Origin: an uncultured Ignavibacteria bacterium
Lineage (GTDB): Bacteria > Bacteroidota > Ignavibacteria > UBA10030 > SZUA-254
Assembly (NCBI GenBank): GCA_963724215.1
Contig: CAVRTZ010000008.1
Coordinates: forward strand, 197,651 to 261,650
Length of the DNA: 64,000 nucleotides
Direction of reading: 5' to 3'
The notes beneath the pieces are model-generated. The model did no database searches. It saw only the letters and a list, made by a program, of their open reading frames with translations, and was not told where the DNA came from. Both the position numbers and the translations under genes were made by a program. Of this stretch, positions 49,983-60,311 are shown piece after piece (the stretch's first letter is position 1; the number at the start of each line of letters is the position of its first letter).

Positions 49983-51775
49983 TCAGGCGATCCGGCCCGG
50001 GACCGCCGCCTCCGCCTGCTCTTTATACTGAAGCCGGTACAGCTTGTGGTAGATGCCCTTCATTTCCAGCAGTTTTTGGTGCGTGCCCATTTCGCGGATT
50101 TCGCCCTTGTGCATCACGATGATCGTGTTCGCCCGCTGGATGGTGGAGAGGCGGTGGGCGATGACGATCGACGTGCGGCCGTGGAGGAGCTTCAGGATCG
50201 CCTTCTGGATCAGGATCTCGGTCTCGGTGTCGACGCTCGACGTGGCCTCGTCGAGGATGAGAATGCGCGGGTTGGCCGCCAGCGCCCTGCGCGAACGACA
50301 CCAGCTGTTTCTGCCCGACCGAAAGCGTCGCTCCCCGTTCCTTGACCTCGGCGTCGTACCCGCCCGTGAGCTGCTCGATGAACCTGTTGGCCCCGACGAC
50401 GCGGGCGGCCGCCTTGACGCGGTCGAGGGAGATCGTCTCGTTCCCCAGGCTGATGTTCGTTTTGATGTCGCCCGAGAAGAGGAAGACGTCCTGGAGCACC
50501 AGCGCGATGTGGGCGCGGAGGTCCGCTGCCGCGTATGATCGGATGTCCGCGCCGTCGATCAGGATCGAACCCTTCTGGTGGTCGTAGAAGCGCATCAGGA
50601 GGTTGATGATCGAGGTCTTGCCGGCGCCCGTGTGCCCGACGATGGCCACCGTTTCGCCCGGCCTGATCGCGAACGAGACGTCCTTCAGCACCCACTGCTC
50701 TTTATTATACGCGAACCAGACGTTCCTGAATTCGATCTCCCCGCGGGGCGTCCGCCAGGGGCGCGGGGACCTCCGGGTCCCGGACGACGGTGTCGTTGTC
50801 CAGCAGGGTAAATACCCGCTCGGAGGAGGCCATCGCCGTCTGCATGATGTTGTATTTTTCCGAGAGGTCGCGGATCGGCCTCCAGAACATTTCGTTGAAC
50901 TGCAGGAAGGCCATCACGGTGCCGACGGTGATCGACCCGCCGAGGGCGTCCACCCCCGCGTACCAGATGATGAGGCCGACGGCGATCGCGCCGATGAGTT
51001 CCACGCCGGGGTAGAAGAGCGAATAATAAAAAATCGACCGGATGTTGGCCTCGCGGTGCGCGGCGTTGATCGGGGCGAACTTCTCGTACGATTTCTTCTC
51101 GCGGTTGAAGATCTGGTCCACCATCATCCCGGTGATGTGCTCCTGCATGAACGTATTGATGCGGGCCACCTGGAGCCGGACGTCCCGGTAGGCCTCCCTC
51201 GCCTTCTTCCTGAAGAGGAACGTCCCGTAGAAGAGGAGGGGGAGGACGCTCAGCGAGACGAGCGCCAGCTTCCAGTTCATGGTGAACATGAACCAGAGTA
51301 TTCCAATGATGGTGAAGACGTCGCTGAAGACCATCACGATGCCGGAGGAGAACATTTCGTTGAGGACCTCGATGTCGTTGGTCACGCGGGTGATCAGCCG
51401 GCCGATCGGGTTCTTGTCGAAGAACCGGATCCCCAGCCTCTGGAGGTGGGTGAAGACCTGCATCCTGAGGTCGAGGATCGTCTTCTGGCCGATCCACTGC
51501 GTCAGGTAGGCGCTCGCGTACTGCACCATCCCGCGCACGATGAGCACGGCGAAGAAGAGGAGGCTCGTCACGAGCAGCCCTTCGCGGTCCCCCTCGGCGA
51601 TGTTCACGTCCACCGCGTGCTTGGTGAACCAGGGCCGCACGGCCTCGAGCCCCGAGACGACCACGCTCAGGAGGATGCCCAGCGCGACGTGCCAGCGGTA
51701 CGGCTTTAAATAGCGAATCAGCCGCTTCATCAGCCGGCCGTCGTACGCTTTTCCGAGTATTTCTTCTTCCTGCAC
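49983..51775 (-). CDS. ABC exporter fused permease/ATPase (MsbA-like), apparent frameshift in the NBD
   Basis: Permease ORF 50705..51775. NBD ORF 50023..50691 (Walker [10 protein letters not shown], signature LSVGQKQ) loses sense after SFAQGAG. The frame carrying ..[30 protein letters not shown].. continues to a stop at ~49983. A single extra base lies at ~50290. Confidence 0.8.
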
Positions 51776-51787
51776 TCCGGCGCCGTC

Positions 51788-53548
51788 TTAAAGGTTTTCG
51801 AGTTCTTCTTCGAGGAGTTGCTTCTCGTGGAGCTCGGCGTAGATGCCGCCCTGCGCGATCAATTCATCGTGCGTTCCGCGTTCCGCGATCGTTCCCTCGT
51901 TGAGCACGACGATCAGGTCCGCCTCCTTCACCGTCGAGATCCGGTGGCTGATGATGATGCTCGTGCGGTTCTTCATCACGGCGCGGAGGCGCCTGAGGAT
52001 CTCCTCCTCGGTGTAGGTGTCGACCGCGGAGAGGGCGTCGTCGAGGATCAGGATCCGGGGGTCGCGCATCACCGCGCGGGCGATGCTGGTGCGCTGTTTC
52101 TGGCCGCCGGAGAGCGTGATCCCCCGTTCGCCGAGCATCGTGTCGAACCCCTTCGGGAAATCGGCGATGTCGTGAGACATCTGGGAAACCTCCGCCGCGT
52201 CGCGGACGCGCTCCTCCGTGCCGTCGTCGGTGCCGTAGGCGATGTTCTCGCCGAGCGTGTCCGAGAAGAGGAACGTTTCCTGCTGGACGTAGCCGATCGC
52301 TCCGCGGAGCGTCCCGAGCGGAATGGTCCTCACGTCGCGCCCGTCGATGAGCACCGCGCCGCCCGTGACGTCGTAGAGACGCGGGACCAGGTTGGCGAGC
52401 GTGCTCTTCCCCGACCCGGTGTATCCCACCACGGCGAGCGTCATGCCCCTCCCGACCGTGAGCGAAATCCCCGAGAGCGCCGGCCTCGGCGCGTTCCTGT
52501 GGGTGAACGTGACGTCGCGGAATTCGATCTCGCCGGCGATCGACGTAATGGAGTCGTCGGTCGCGGGGCCGTCGGCGATGTCGGGGACCGTGTCCATGAT
52601 CTTCGCCAGGCGGCTCATGGACGCGGCGCCCTGCTGAAGGATGTTGGTGACCCAGCCGAACGCGACCATCGGCCAGATCAGGAGCATCAGGTACCCGAAG
52701 AGCGCCGTGAGCGTGCCGATGGAAATTTCGCCTTCGAGCACGCGCATGCCGCCGAAATAGACCGTGATGACGAGCGAAATGCCCACCAGGAGGAACATCA
52801 GCGGCCACATGATCGATTGAATCCGGGCGAGGACGAGGTTCTTGCGGAGATACTGCTCGCTCAGTTCGGCGAACCGGGCGATCTCGTACTCCTCCCGCAC
52901 GTACGCCTTCACGATCCGGATGCCGGAGAGGTTTTCCTGGGCCCGCGCGGTGAGCTTCGAATAATGCTCCTGGCGGTCCTCGAACTTCTTGTGGATGACC
53001 TGGCCGAGCCGGTACACGGCGTACGACACGAGCGGCAGCGGGACGAGCGCCGCGAGGGTCAGCTGCCAGTCGAGCCAGAGCATCATCGAGAGCGACATCG
53101 TGAAGGTCACCAGTGTGTCGGCCGGGTACATGATGCCGGGGCCGACCACGTTGCGCACCGAGCCGATGTCGTTGGTGGCGTGCGCCATCAGGTCGCCGGT
53201 GGGCGTGTTCTGGAAAAACGACAGCGGCAGCCGCTGGATGCGGGAAAGAAAGTCGTTGCGCAGGTCGAATTCGATGTGCCTCGACATCACGATGATCGTC
53301 TGGCGCGTGAGGAACGTGAAGAAGCCGGCGATGAGGGTCAGCCCGACGATCGCGCCGGAATACCGGATGAGCTCGCCGGAATCGACCGATCCCGACTCGA
53401 GGCCCGACTTCAGGCTGTCGATCGCGTCGCCGACCAGTTTCGGCTGGAGCACCGTGAAGAGGTTGCTCGCCACCACCGTGCCGAGCCCCCAGATGACGGT
53501 TTTCCGGTATTTACGGAGGTACGGGAGGAGCCGAAGAAGCGATTTCAC
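51788..53548 (-). CDS. ABC exporter fused permease/ATPase (MsbA-like)
   Basis: 586 aa. Walker A GYTGSGKST, signature LSGGQKQR, Walker B ILILDDALSAVD. Confidence 0.9.
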   Translation of the reverse strand: MKSLLRLLPYLRKYRKTVIWGLGTVVASNLFTVLQPKLVGDAIDSLKSGLESGSVDSGELIRYSGAIVGLTLIAGFFTFLTRQTIIVMSRHIEFDLRNDFLSRIQRLPLSFFQNTPTGDLMAHATNDIGSVRNVVGPGIMYPADTLVTFTMSLSMMLWLDWQLTLAALVPLPLVSYAVYRLGQVIHKKFEDRQEHYSKLTARAQENLSGIRIVKAYVREEYEIARFAELSEQYLRKNLVLARIQSIMWPLMFLLVGISLVITVYFGGMRVLEGEISIGTLTALFGYLMLLIWPMVAFGWVTNILQQGAASMSRLAKIMDTVPDIADGPATDDSITSIAGEIEFRDVTFTHRNAPRPALSGISLTVGRGMTLAVVGYTGSGKSTLANLVPRLYDVTGGAVLIDGRDVRTIPLGTLRGAIGYVQQETFLFSDTLGENIAYGTDDGTEERVRDAAEVSQMSHDIADFPKGFDTMLGERGITLSGGQKQRTSIARAVMRDPRILILDDALSAVDTYTEEEILRRLRAVMKNRTSIIISHRISTVKEADLIVVLNEGTIAERGTHDELIAQGGIYAELHEKQLLEEELENL

Positions 53549-53734
53549 TCAGATTCAGCGCGAATTGGCGAGTTAACGGGAACGATGGCGGATCATGATC
53601 CTCTATAATACGAAAGTCGGCGGAAAAGTTCACGCCTGGGGAGGTTCACGCGTCGGGGAAGCCGGTCGGACGGGGGAGGGAACGTGTGGCGGGGCCGGGG
53701 AGGAGGGTCGGCGCCCGGCCTGTCCGGGGCCGCC

Positions 53735-55006
53735 TCAGCCGATGACTTCGAACCCCGTATAAGGATGAAGGGCCTTCGGGACGACGACCTTCCCCTCGGG
53801 CGTCTGGTAGTGCTCGAGGATGGCGGAAACGATTCGCGGGAGGGCGAGGCCCGAGCCGTTCAGCGTGTGGACGAACTCGGGTTTGGGAGAGCCGCCCCCG
53901 CGCGGGCGGAACCGGATGTTCATCCGCCGCGCCTGGAACGATTCGAAGTTGCTGATCGACGAGACCTCGAGCCAGCGCTTCTGGCCGGGGGAACGGACCT
54001 CGAGGTCGTACTTCTTGGACTGCGTGAAGCCCATGTCGCCCGTGCACATCAGCAGCACGCGGTAGCGCAGGCCGAGTTTCCTCAGGAGGGCCTCGGCGTC
54101 TTCGCGCAGCGACTCCAGTTCGTTGTACGATACCCCGGGGTGGACGAACTTCACCAGCTCGACCTTGTCGAACTGGTGGAGACGGTTCAAGCCCCGCACG
54201 TCCTTGCCGTACGAACCGGCCTCGCGGCGGAAGCAGGGGGTGTAGGCGCAGTACTTCACCGGCAGCGCGTCCTCCTGCAGGATCTCGTCGCGGTGGATGT
54301 TCGTGACCGGAACCTCGGCCGTGGGGACCAGGAAGAGTTCGTCCTTCGGGACGGTGTACATCAGGTCTTCCTTGTCGGGGAGCTGGCCGGTGCCGGTCGC
54401 GCTCGCGGCGTTCACCATGAGCGGCGGCTGGATTTCGCCGTACCCCCGCCCGCCCGCCTCGTCCAGGAAGAAATTGATGAGCGCGCGCTGGAGTTTCGCG
54501 CCCGCGCCCTTGTAGAGAGGGAACCCCGCGCCGGAGATCTTCACCCCCCGCTCGAAGTCGATGATGTCGAGCCGTTCGGCCAGGACCCAGTGCGGCTGCG
54601 GCTCGAAGTCGATGACCGGGTCCTCGCCCCAGGCGGCGATCTCCTGGTTGTCGGCGGGCGTGCGCCCCTCGGGGACCGACGGGTGGGGGATGTTGGGGAC
54701 CGTGAGGAGGATGTCGTTGAGGGACATCTCGACGCCCTTCAACTCCTCGTCGAGCGTCCTGATCGATTCCTTCACTTTCTCCATCTCGGAGATGGGACCG
54801 GACGCGTCCTGCTTCTCTTTTTTCAGGCGGCCGATCTGCTCGGACACGATGTTTCGCTGGGCCTTGAGGGCCTCGCCGCTCCCGAGGATTTCGCGGCGCC
54901 GGGAGTCCAGCGCCAGGATCCTGTCGACGCGGTCGGCCTCCCCCTTCTTCCTGATCCCCTCGCGGACGAGGTCCGGGTGTTCCCTGATGAACTTGATGTC
55001 GAGCAT
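53735..55006 (-). CDS. serS: Serine--tRNA ligase
   Basis: 423 aa. N-terminal coiled coil, class II core (..AYTPCFRREAGSYGKDVRGLNRLHQFDKVE..). Confidence 0.95.
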   Translation of the reverse strand: MLDIKFIREHPDLVREGIRKKGEADRVDRILALDSRRREILGSGEALKAQRNIVSEQIGRLKKEKQDASGPISEMEKVKESIRTLDEELKGVEMSLNDILLTVPNIPHPSVPEGRTPADNQEIAAWGEDPVIDFEPQPHWVLAERLDIIDFERGVKISGAGFPLYKGAGAKLQRALINFFLDEAGGRGYGEIQPPLMVNAASATGTGQLPDKEDLMYTVPKDELFLVPTAEVPVTNIHRDEILQEDALPVKYCAYTPCFRREAGSYGKDVRGLNRLHQFDKVELVKFVHPGVSYNELESLREDAEALLRKLGLRYRVLLMCTGDMGFTQSKKYDLEVRSPGQKRWLEVSSISNFESFQARRMNIRFRPRGGGSPKPEFVHTLNGSGLALPRIVSAILEHYQTPEGKVVVPKALHPYTGFEVIG

Positions 55007-55025
55007 GGGCTGTGTCCTGTGGTGT

Positions 55026-55967
55026 TTATTGCTGCGTGATTTCCACCGGGTGGCGGACGGTGGAGAGCTGGTTCCGGAGGATGAGCAGGCCGCTTTCCAT
55101 GCCGGACATGGCGAGGTTGAGCTCGACCTGGGCCTTCAGGATGACGAACCCCGACTTGAGCGGGCGCGGGGCCGGCTGGCGGAGGTCGGACGTCCTGATC
55201 GGCGTGATCAGCTTCGCGTTGAACTTGAAGAGCCGGGCCACCTCGCGCGCAAAATCGTAACGGCTCACGACTTCGGGGCCGGAAATATGATAGATCCCGG
55301 GTTTCTTCAATTCGAGGATCTTGACGACGCCGAACGCGAGGTCGTCCACGAAGGTCGGGTTTCCCACCTGGTCCGACACGACCTTCACCGGCCGTCCCTC
55401 CTGCAGTTCCTTGATGAGCCAGAGGGCGAAATTCGGCTTGACCTTCCGCGCCTGGCCGTAGAGCACCATGGTCCGGACGATCGTGTGCCCGACGTTGGAC
55501 GTCCGGAGAAGGTTCTCCGCCGCGAGCTTCGTGCGCCCGTAGTAGCTCAAGGGGTTCGGGCGGTCGCCCTCGGAATAGGGGCCGTTTCTTCCGTCGAAGA
55601 TGTAATCGGTCGAGAGCTGGATGACGTGCGATCCGGCGAGTTTCCCCGCGTGGACCAGGTTTTCCACCCCCGCCACGTTGACCTTCCACGCGGCCTCGCG
55701 GTTGGTCTCGCACGAGTCGACGTTGGTGATCGCGGCGGTGTTGATGATCGTCTCGGGCTGGATCTCGTCGATCACCTTCGTGACCTGCTTCCGGTCGGTG
55801 ACGTCCATGCGGGTATAGGGCGCCTGGTCGGCGGGGAAGACCGACTCCTCCTGGCTCGACGTGAGGTGGAGTCCGTAGGCCTGCGACTGCGAGAGGAGTT
55901 CCGCGACCTTCTGCCCGAGGAGGCCGTTGCTCCCGGTGATGAGGACGCGGCGAGGTTCCGGTTTCAC
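55026..55967 (-). CDS. rfbD: dTDP-4-dehydrorhamnose reductase
   Basis: GTG start overlapping the dapD stop (GTGA). VLITGSNGLLGQ Rossmann motif, YGRTK active site. Confidence 0.8.
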   Translation of the reverse strand: MKPEPRRVLITGSNGLLGQKVAELLSQSQAYGLHLTSSQEESVFPADQAPYTRMDVTDRKQVTKVIDEIQPETIINTAAITNVDSCETNREAAWKVNVAGVENLVHAGKLAGSHVIQLSTDYIFDGRNGPYSEGDRPNPLSYYGRTKLAAENLLRTSNVGHTIVRTMVLYGQARKVKPNFALWLIKELQEGRPVKVVSDQVGNPTFVDDLAFGVVKILELKKPGIYHISGPEVVSRYDFAREVARLFKFNAKLITPIRTSDLRQPAPRPLKSGFVILKAQVELNLAMSGMESGLLILRNQLSTVRHPVEITQQ

Positions 55968-56797
55968 CGCAGGCTCTCCTCCAGGGCGGTGGCCGCGTCG
56001 GTCTTCGCGTCGCGGTACTTCACGATGACCGGCGTGGAGAGGGAGAGCCCGTGCTTCGCCGAAAACGGATCGTCGATCCTCCGGCTCCCCGGGACGACGA
56101 CCGCGCCCGCCGGGATGGTGAGAGGGGCGTCCGCCGTCCTGCGGTGCACGGTCTGCTTCGGGATGTCGTAGACGGGCGTCGAACCGGTGAGGATGACGCC
56201 CGAGGCGAGCACCGCGCCGCGGCGCACGAGGGCGCCTTCGTAGACGCCGCAGTTGCCGCCGACGAAGACGTCGTCCTCGATGATCACGGGGGAGGAGTTG
56301 ACCGGCTCGAGGACGCCGCCGACCTGCGTCCCGGCGCTCAGGTGGACGCGCTTGCCGATCTGCGCGCACGACCCCACGAGCGCGTGGGAGTCGATCATCG
56401 TCCCGGAATCCACCCACGCCCCGATGTTCACGTACGACGGCGGCATCACGACCACGCCCTTTGCGATGAACGCGCCGTCGCGCACGGCGCTCCCGCCGGG
56501 CACCACCCGCACCTCGTCTCCCGTGGTGAGGGCCCGGGTGCCCATCGTGTCCTTGTCGAAATACCCGAACAGCCCCCCGGGCGAGACGTCGGCGAGGCGA
56601 CCCACCCTGAACGCCAGGATGATGCCTTTCTTGACCCACGCGTTGACCTGCCAGCCGTCGCCGGCCGGGGAGGCGGCCCTGACGTTGCCGGAGTTGAGCT
56701 CCGACTTCAGTTCGGCGACGATCTTCAGGGCGTCGTCGCGGTCGATCGAGTCGGCCGGGAGCTCGTAGAGCCGTTCGATGATCGGCTTGAGCATCAT
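55964..56797 (-). CDS. dapD: Tetrahydrodipicolinate N-succinyltransferase
   Basis: 277 aa. Hexapeptide-repeat left-handed beta-helix region (..IGAWVDSGTMIDSHALVGSCAQIGKRVHLSAGTQVGGV..). Confidence 0.85.
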   Translation of the reverse strand: MMLKPIIERLYELPADSIDRDDALKIVAELKSELNSGNVRAASPAGDGWQVNAWVKKGIILAFRVGRLADVSPGGLFGYFDKDTMGTRALTTGDEVRVVPGGSAVRDGAFIAKGVVVMPPSYVNIGAWVDSGTMIDSHALVGSCAQIGKRVHLSAGTQVGGVLEPVNSSPVIIEDDVFVGGNCGVYEGALVRRGAVLASGVILTGSTPVYDIPKQTVHRRTADAPLTIPAGAVVVPGSRRIDDPFSAKHGLSLSTPVIVKYRDAKTDAATALEESLR

Positions 56798-57689
56798 ATC
56801 AGTTTCAGGGCGCGGAGGATGCGCGACAGTTTCTTCCGGTTGTCCTTCCCCATCGGCACCAGCGGCAGCCGGTAGCGCTCCCCGATCTTCCCCATCATCG
56901 CGAGCGCCGCCTTCACCGGGATCGGGTTCGACTCGATGAAGTTCGCGCTCATCAGCGGCAGGAGCCTGTTGTGCACCTTCAGCGCCGCGGCGTACCTGCC
57001 CTCCAGGCAGAGCCGCACCATGCCGGAAAATTCGCGGGGCACCTCGTTCGAGACCACGGACACGATCCCGTCGGCGCCGAGGGCCATCAGCGGGAAGGTG
57101 ATGGCGTCGTCGCCCGACCAGACGCCGAAGCCCTTCGGCCGCTGGCTGAGGATCTCCATGATCTGCTCCATGTTGCCCGAGGCCTCCTTGATGCCGTTGA
57201 TCAGCGGGAAGTCCTCCGCCAGCCGGAGCGTGGTCGCCGCGGTCATGTTGCTCGCGGTCCTCCCCGGGACGTTGTACATGATGATCGGGAGGGCGGTGCT
57301 GTTCGCGATCTCGGCGTAGTGCCGGTAGAACCCCTCCTGTGTCGGCTTGTTATAGTAGGGGGCCACGCAGAGTATCCCGTCGGCGCCCGCGCGGGCGGCC
57401 GCCTTCGCGAGCTGGACGGTTTTCGCGGTGGAATTGCTCCCCGCGCCGGCGATGACCTTCACCGCTCCGGGGCGCGCGTTCGCGAACGGTGGCGATCACG
57501 ATCGCCTGCTCGGCTTCGGTCAGCGTGACGCTCTCGCCCGTCGTGCCGACCGGGAGGATCGCCTCGACGCCGGCGCTCACCTGGAACGGCGACGAGGGAG
57601 ACGAGCGCCGCGAGGTCGACTTCGCCGCGGGCGTCGAAGGGGGTCACGAGCGCGGTGCCGGTGCCCCTGAACAGGGGTTTTCGTATCAT
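56794..57689 (-). CDS. dapA: 4-hydroxy-tetrahydrodipicolinate synthase, two apparent frameshifts
   Basis: The gene is spread over three ORFs in three frames: 57459..57710 (MIRKPLFRGTGTALVTPFDARGEVDLAAL..), 57350..57580 (SAGVEAILPVGTTGESVTLTEAEQAIVIATV..) and 56794..57462 (..KVIAGAGSNSTAKTVQLAKAAARAGADGIL..). Confidence 0.8.
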
Positions 57690-57690
57690 G

Positions 57691-58429
57691 TCATTCCGTT
57701 GTGAGGACATCTTCCATTGTGTAGACGCCTTTCCGGTTGCGGAGCCACGCCGCCGCGATGAGCGCGCCGTGGGCGAATCCCGACCTGTTCTTCGCCCTGT
57801 GGACGAATTCGAGCGAGTCGGCCTCCGAATCGAAGACGACGGAATGCTCCCCGATCGCGTGGCCGACCCGCTCCGACGAGATGTGGAGCTGTCCCGGTTT
57901 GATCGCCCCGGAGGCGTTCCCCGCGAGGATCGCCGTCTTCCTCCGGACGTTTTTCAGCAGGATCTGGCTCAGGTGCAGCGCCGTCCCGCTCGGGCTGTCG
58001 GCCTTGCCGCGGTGGTGGGTCTCGCGGATCGCGACGTCGTACATCTCGTACTTGTCGAAGAGGTGCGCGGCGCAGGTGAGCAGGTGGCCGAGGATGTTCA
58101 CGCCGACCGAAAAGTTCGGGGAATAGACCAGCCCGGTCTTCCGGTCCTCGACGATCTTCCTGACCGCGTTCAGAGCGTCGTACCACCCGGTGGTCCCGAC
58201 GACGATCGGCTTGCCGGCCTTCGCCGCCGCCTCGATGTTCTTGACGGCCGACTCCGGGAGGGTGAACTCCACGCACACGTCGATGCCCGCTGAGCGATTC
58301 CGCCGTGAGGCCCCTTCCGTCCCGGTTGTTCTCCTCCGTGAAGACCTTCTTCACCGCGATCCCCTTCGCGAGGGCGACGCGTTCGACCTCCATCCCCATT
58401 TTTCCGTTGCCGATGATCGCGATGTTCAT
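57691..58429 (-). CDS. dapB: 4-hydroxy-tetrahydrodipicolinate reductase, apparent frameshift
   Basis: N-terminal part in ORF 57686..58696 (MNIAIIGNGKMGMEVERVALAKG..ESLSG). C-terminal part in ORF 57691..58278 (..IDVCVEFTLPESAVKNIEAAAKAGKPIVVGTTGW..). A one-base change at a G-run at ~58270. The start overlaps the pfkB stop (ATGA). Confidence 0.8.
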
Positions 58430-59364
58430 GCGGTGGCCTCCTTCAGGTCCGCCCTGTCGAGTTGATGGAGCGAGAGTTTGTCCAGGTCCGACGACCCCGT
58501 GAGCGCCGCCTTCGCGGCGGCGACGGTGTTGGCGTACGCGGCGGCCGCCGAAACGTTGCCGGAGTGGACCAGGTGCGCGCAGTACGCCGCGCCGAACACG
58601 TCGCCGCACCCGGTCGGGTCGACGGCGCCGCCGGCCGGGATGCCCGGAATGTCGCTGCGCACGATGTGCTTCTTTTCGTTGACGAAGACGGTGCACCCCG
58701 CGCCGCCGCGCGTGATGACGAGCGCCCTGGTGTTCAGGGCGAGCCCCTGCTTGACGAGGTTCTGCTCGTCGTACCCCTCCGGGGTGAGCGCCGCCGCCTC
58801 CGCCTCATTCATCTGGACGGTGTGCAGCATGAACAGCCACCTCCTCCAGGTCTCCACGCTCCGGCGGAAACGCCCGAAGTTCTCCCGGACGCCCAGGGTC
58901 AGGCTGTGGAGGTCGAAATGAACGGGGATGTTCCGGTCGCGGGTCTTCATCCGGATCTCGTCGAGGGTCTCGAGCGTGATGTCGTACCCGGAGATCATGT
59001 TCACCAGCACGAGGTCGGTGTCGAGCGCCGGCTGGATTTTTTTCCAGGGCACGGGGTCGGAAATGTCCTTCGAGACCTCGATCCGCTCCGATCCGGAATG
59101 GTAGGTGAGCGACACACGGTTGGTGGGCGCCGGCATTTTATAGATCCCCGAAGGGTCCACGTTCGGGAGCGCCGCGAGCGTCTCGAGAAACTGCTGGTAG
59201 TCCTCCTTCCCCACGCCGAACACCGGCCTCACGGTGTCGCCGGGTGGGAGGACTTTCGAGAGGGTGGCCAGCGCGAAGTAGATGCCCCCGTAGCTCCCGG
59301 TGATCCGCCCGTCAGGGTGGTGGATCTCGTCGAGGCAGAGGTGGCCGATGACGGTGATCGTCAC
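58426..59364 (-). CDS. PfkB-family carbohydrate kinase (ribokinase-like)
   Basis: 312 aa. Anion hole DPTGCGDVFGAAY. N-terminal GG motif region. Confidence 0.8.
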   Translation of the reverse strand: MTITVIGHLCLDEIHHPDGRITGSYGGIYFALATLSKVLPPGDTVRPVFGVGKEDYQQFLETLAALPNVDPSGIYKMPAPTNRVSLTYHSGSERIEVSKDISDPVPWKKIQPALDTDLVLVNMISGYDITLETLDEIRMKTRDRNIPVHFDLHSLTLGVRENFGRFRRSVETWRRWLFMLHTVQMNEAEAAALTPEGYDEQNLVKQGLALNTRALVITRGGAGCTVFVNEKKHIVRSDIPGIPAGGAVDPTGCGDVFGAAYCAHLVHSGNVSAAAAYANTVAAAKAALTGSSDLDKLSLHQLDRADLKEATA

Positions 59365-59368
59365 GTCG

Positions 59369-60163
59369 TCAGACCTTCGCGGTGAAGGGATATCCGCCGG
59401 TTTCGGCCAGGCGCCAGATCGCCTGGCAGGAAAACTTGTTTTCGTAGATCGCCCTGCGGAGGATCACCGAGTCGACGCCCGCCGGCAGGAGCGCCTCGAC
59501 CGATCGCAGATCCTCCAGGGAAAGCACCCCGCCGGAAACGGTCACGCGCAGGCCGGTGGAGAGCGCCAGGCGTTTGAGCATCCCGGTGTTCAGAACGCGG
59601 GAGCCCCCGGTGGGGTCGAGTTCAGTATAGAGGAGGCGCCGGAAACCCATCTGCTTCGCGATTGCGCCGATCGCGACGGGATGCCCGGGAGATCTTTTAT
59701 CTTCGGCATCCTCGGCGTCCCCGATCGTCCCCGCGGCCCCCTGGCGGTACTCTATGGCGGCGACGACTTTCCCAGGCCCGTGTTTCGATACGATCCGGCC
59801 GGCCGTATCGGGGGAATCGGTGAGCAGCCCCGGGCGGAGGACGACCCTGCAGGCGCCGCATTCGAGCAGGCGGTCGGCGTCTTCTTCGGAGGAAATGCCG
59901 CCGCTGATTTCGATCGGAATGTCCACGCACGAGAAGAGCCGCCGGACCGCGTCGAATTGCGAGAACCGCCCCTGCCGGGCACCGTCGAGGTCGGTGACGT
60001 GGAGGGTCTTCGCGTTCTCGATCCGGAGGAGCCGTGCGATCGCGACCGGGTCGGTCCCGGCGCCGCTGTCACCGCCCTGACCCCCACCCCCCCCACCGAG
60101 TCCCTCGATGGGATGGGCGGAGAAGCCGTTCTGGATGTCGATCGCCGGAATGATGAGAAGCAT
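59369..60163 (-). CDS. hisA: HisA-like phosphoribosylformimino-5-aminoimidazole carboxamide ribotide isomerase with a Gly-rich insertion
   Basis: LLIIPAIDIQNG.. (catalytic Asp), ..LHVTDLDGA.., ..GGVLSLEDL... A GGGGGGQGGDSGAG insertion follows the first beta-strand. It is encoded by a C/G homopolymer-rich run at ~60070-60090. Confidence 0.75.
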   Translation of the reverse strand: MLLIIPAIDIQNGFSAHPIEGLGGGGGGQGGDSGAGTDPVAIARLLRIENAKTLHVTDLDGARQGRFSQFDAVRRLFSCVDIPIEISGGISSEEDADRLLECGACRVVLRPGLLTDSPDTAGRIVSKHGPGKVVAAIEYRQGAAGTIGDAEDAEDKRSPGHPVAIGAIAKQMGFRRLLYTELDPTGGSRVLNTGMLKRLALSTGLRVTVSGGVLSLEDLRSVEALLPAGVDSVILRRAIYENKFSCQAIWRLAETGGYPFTAKV

Positions 60164-60311
60164 GGAAATGGTATGAGATTGGAGGAAAAATGCAGAAAAT
60201 AAACCTGAAATTCAACCGGTGCGCCGCGATGCGCGCGGACGGGGCCGCGGGTGCGTAGGGTGTCGCGGGGGAGGCCGGAGTGGCTGGTGCAGCGAGAAGG
60301 TTGGCGTGCGC

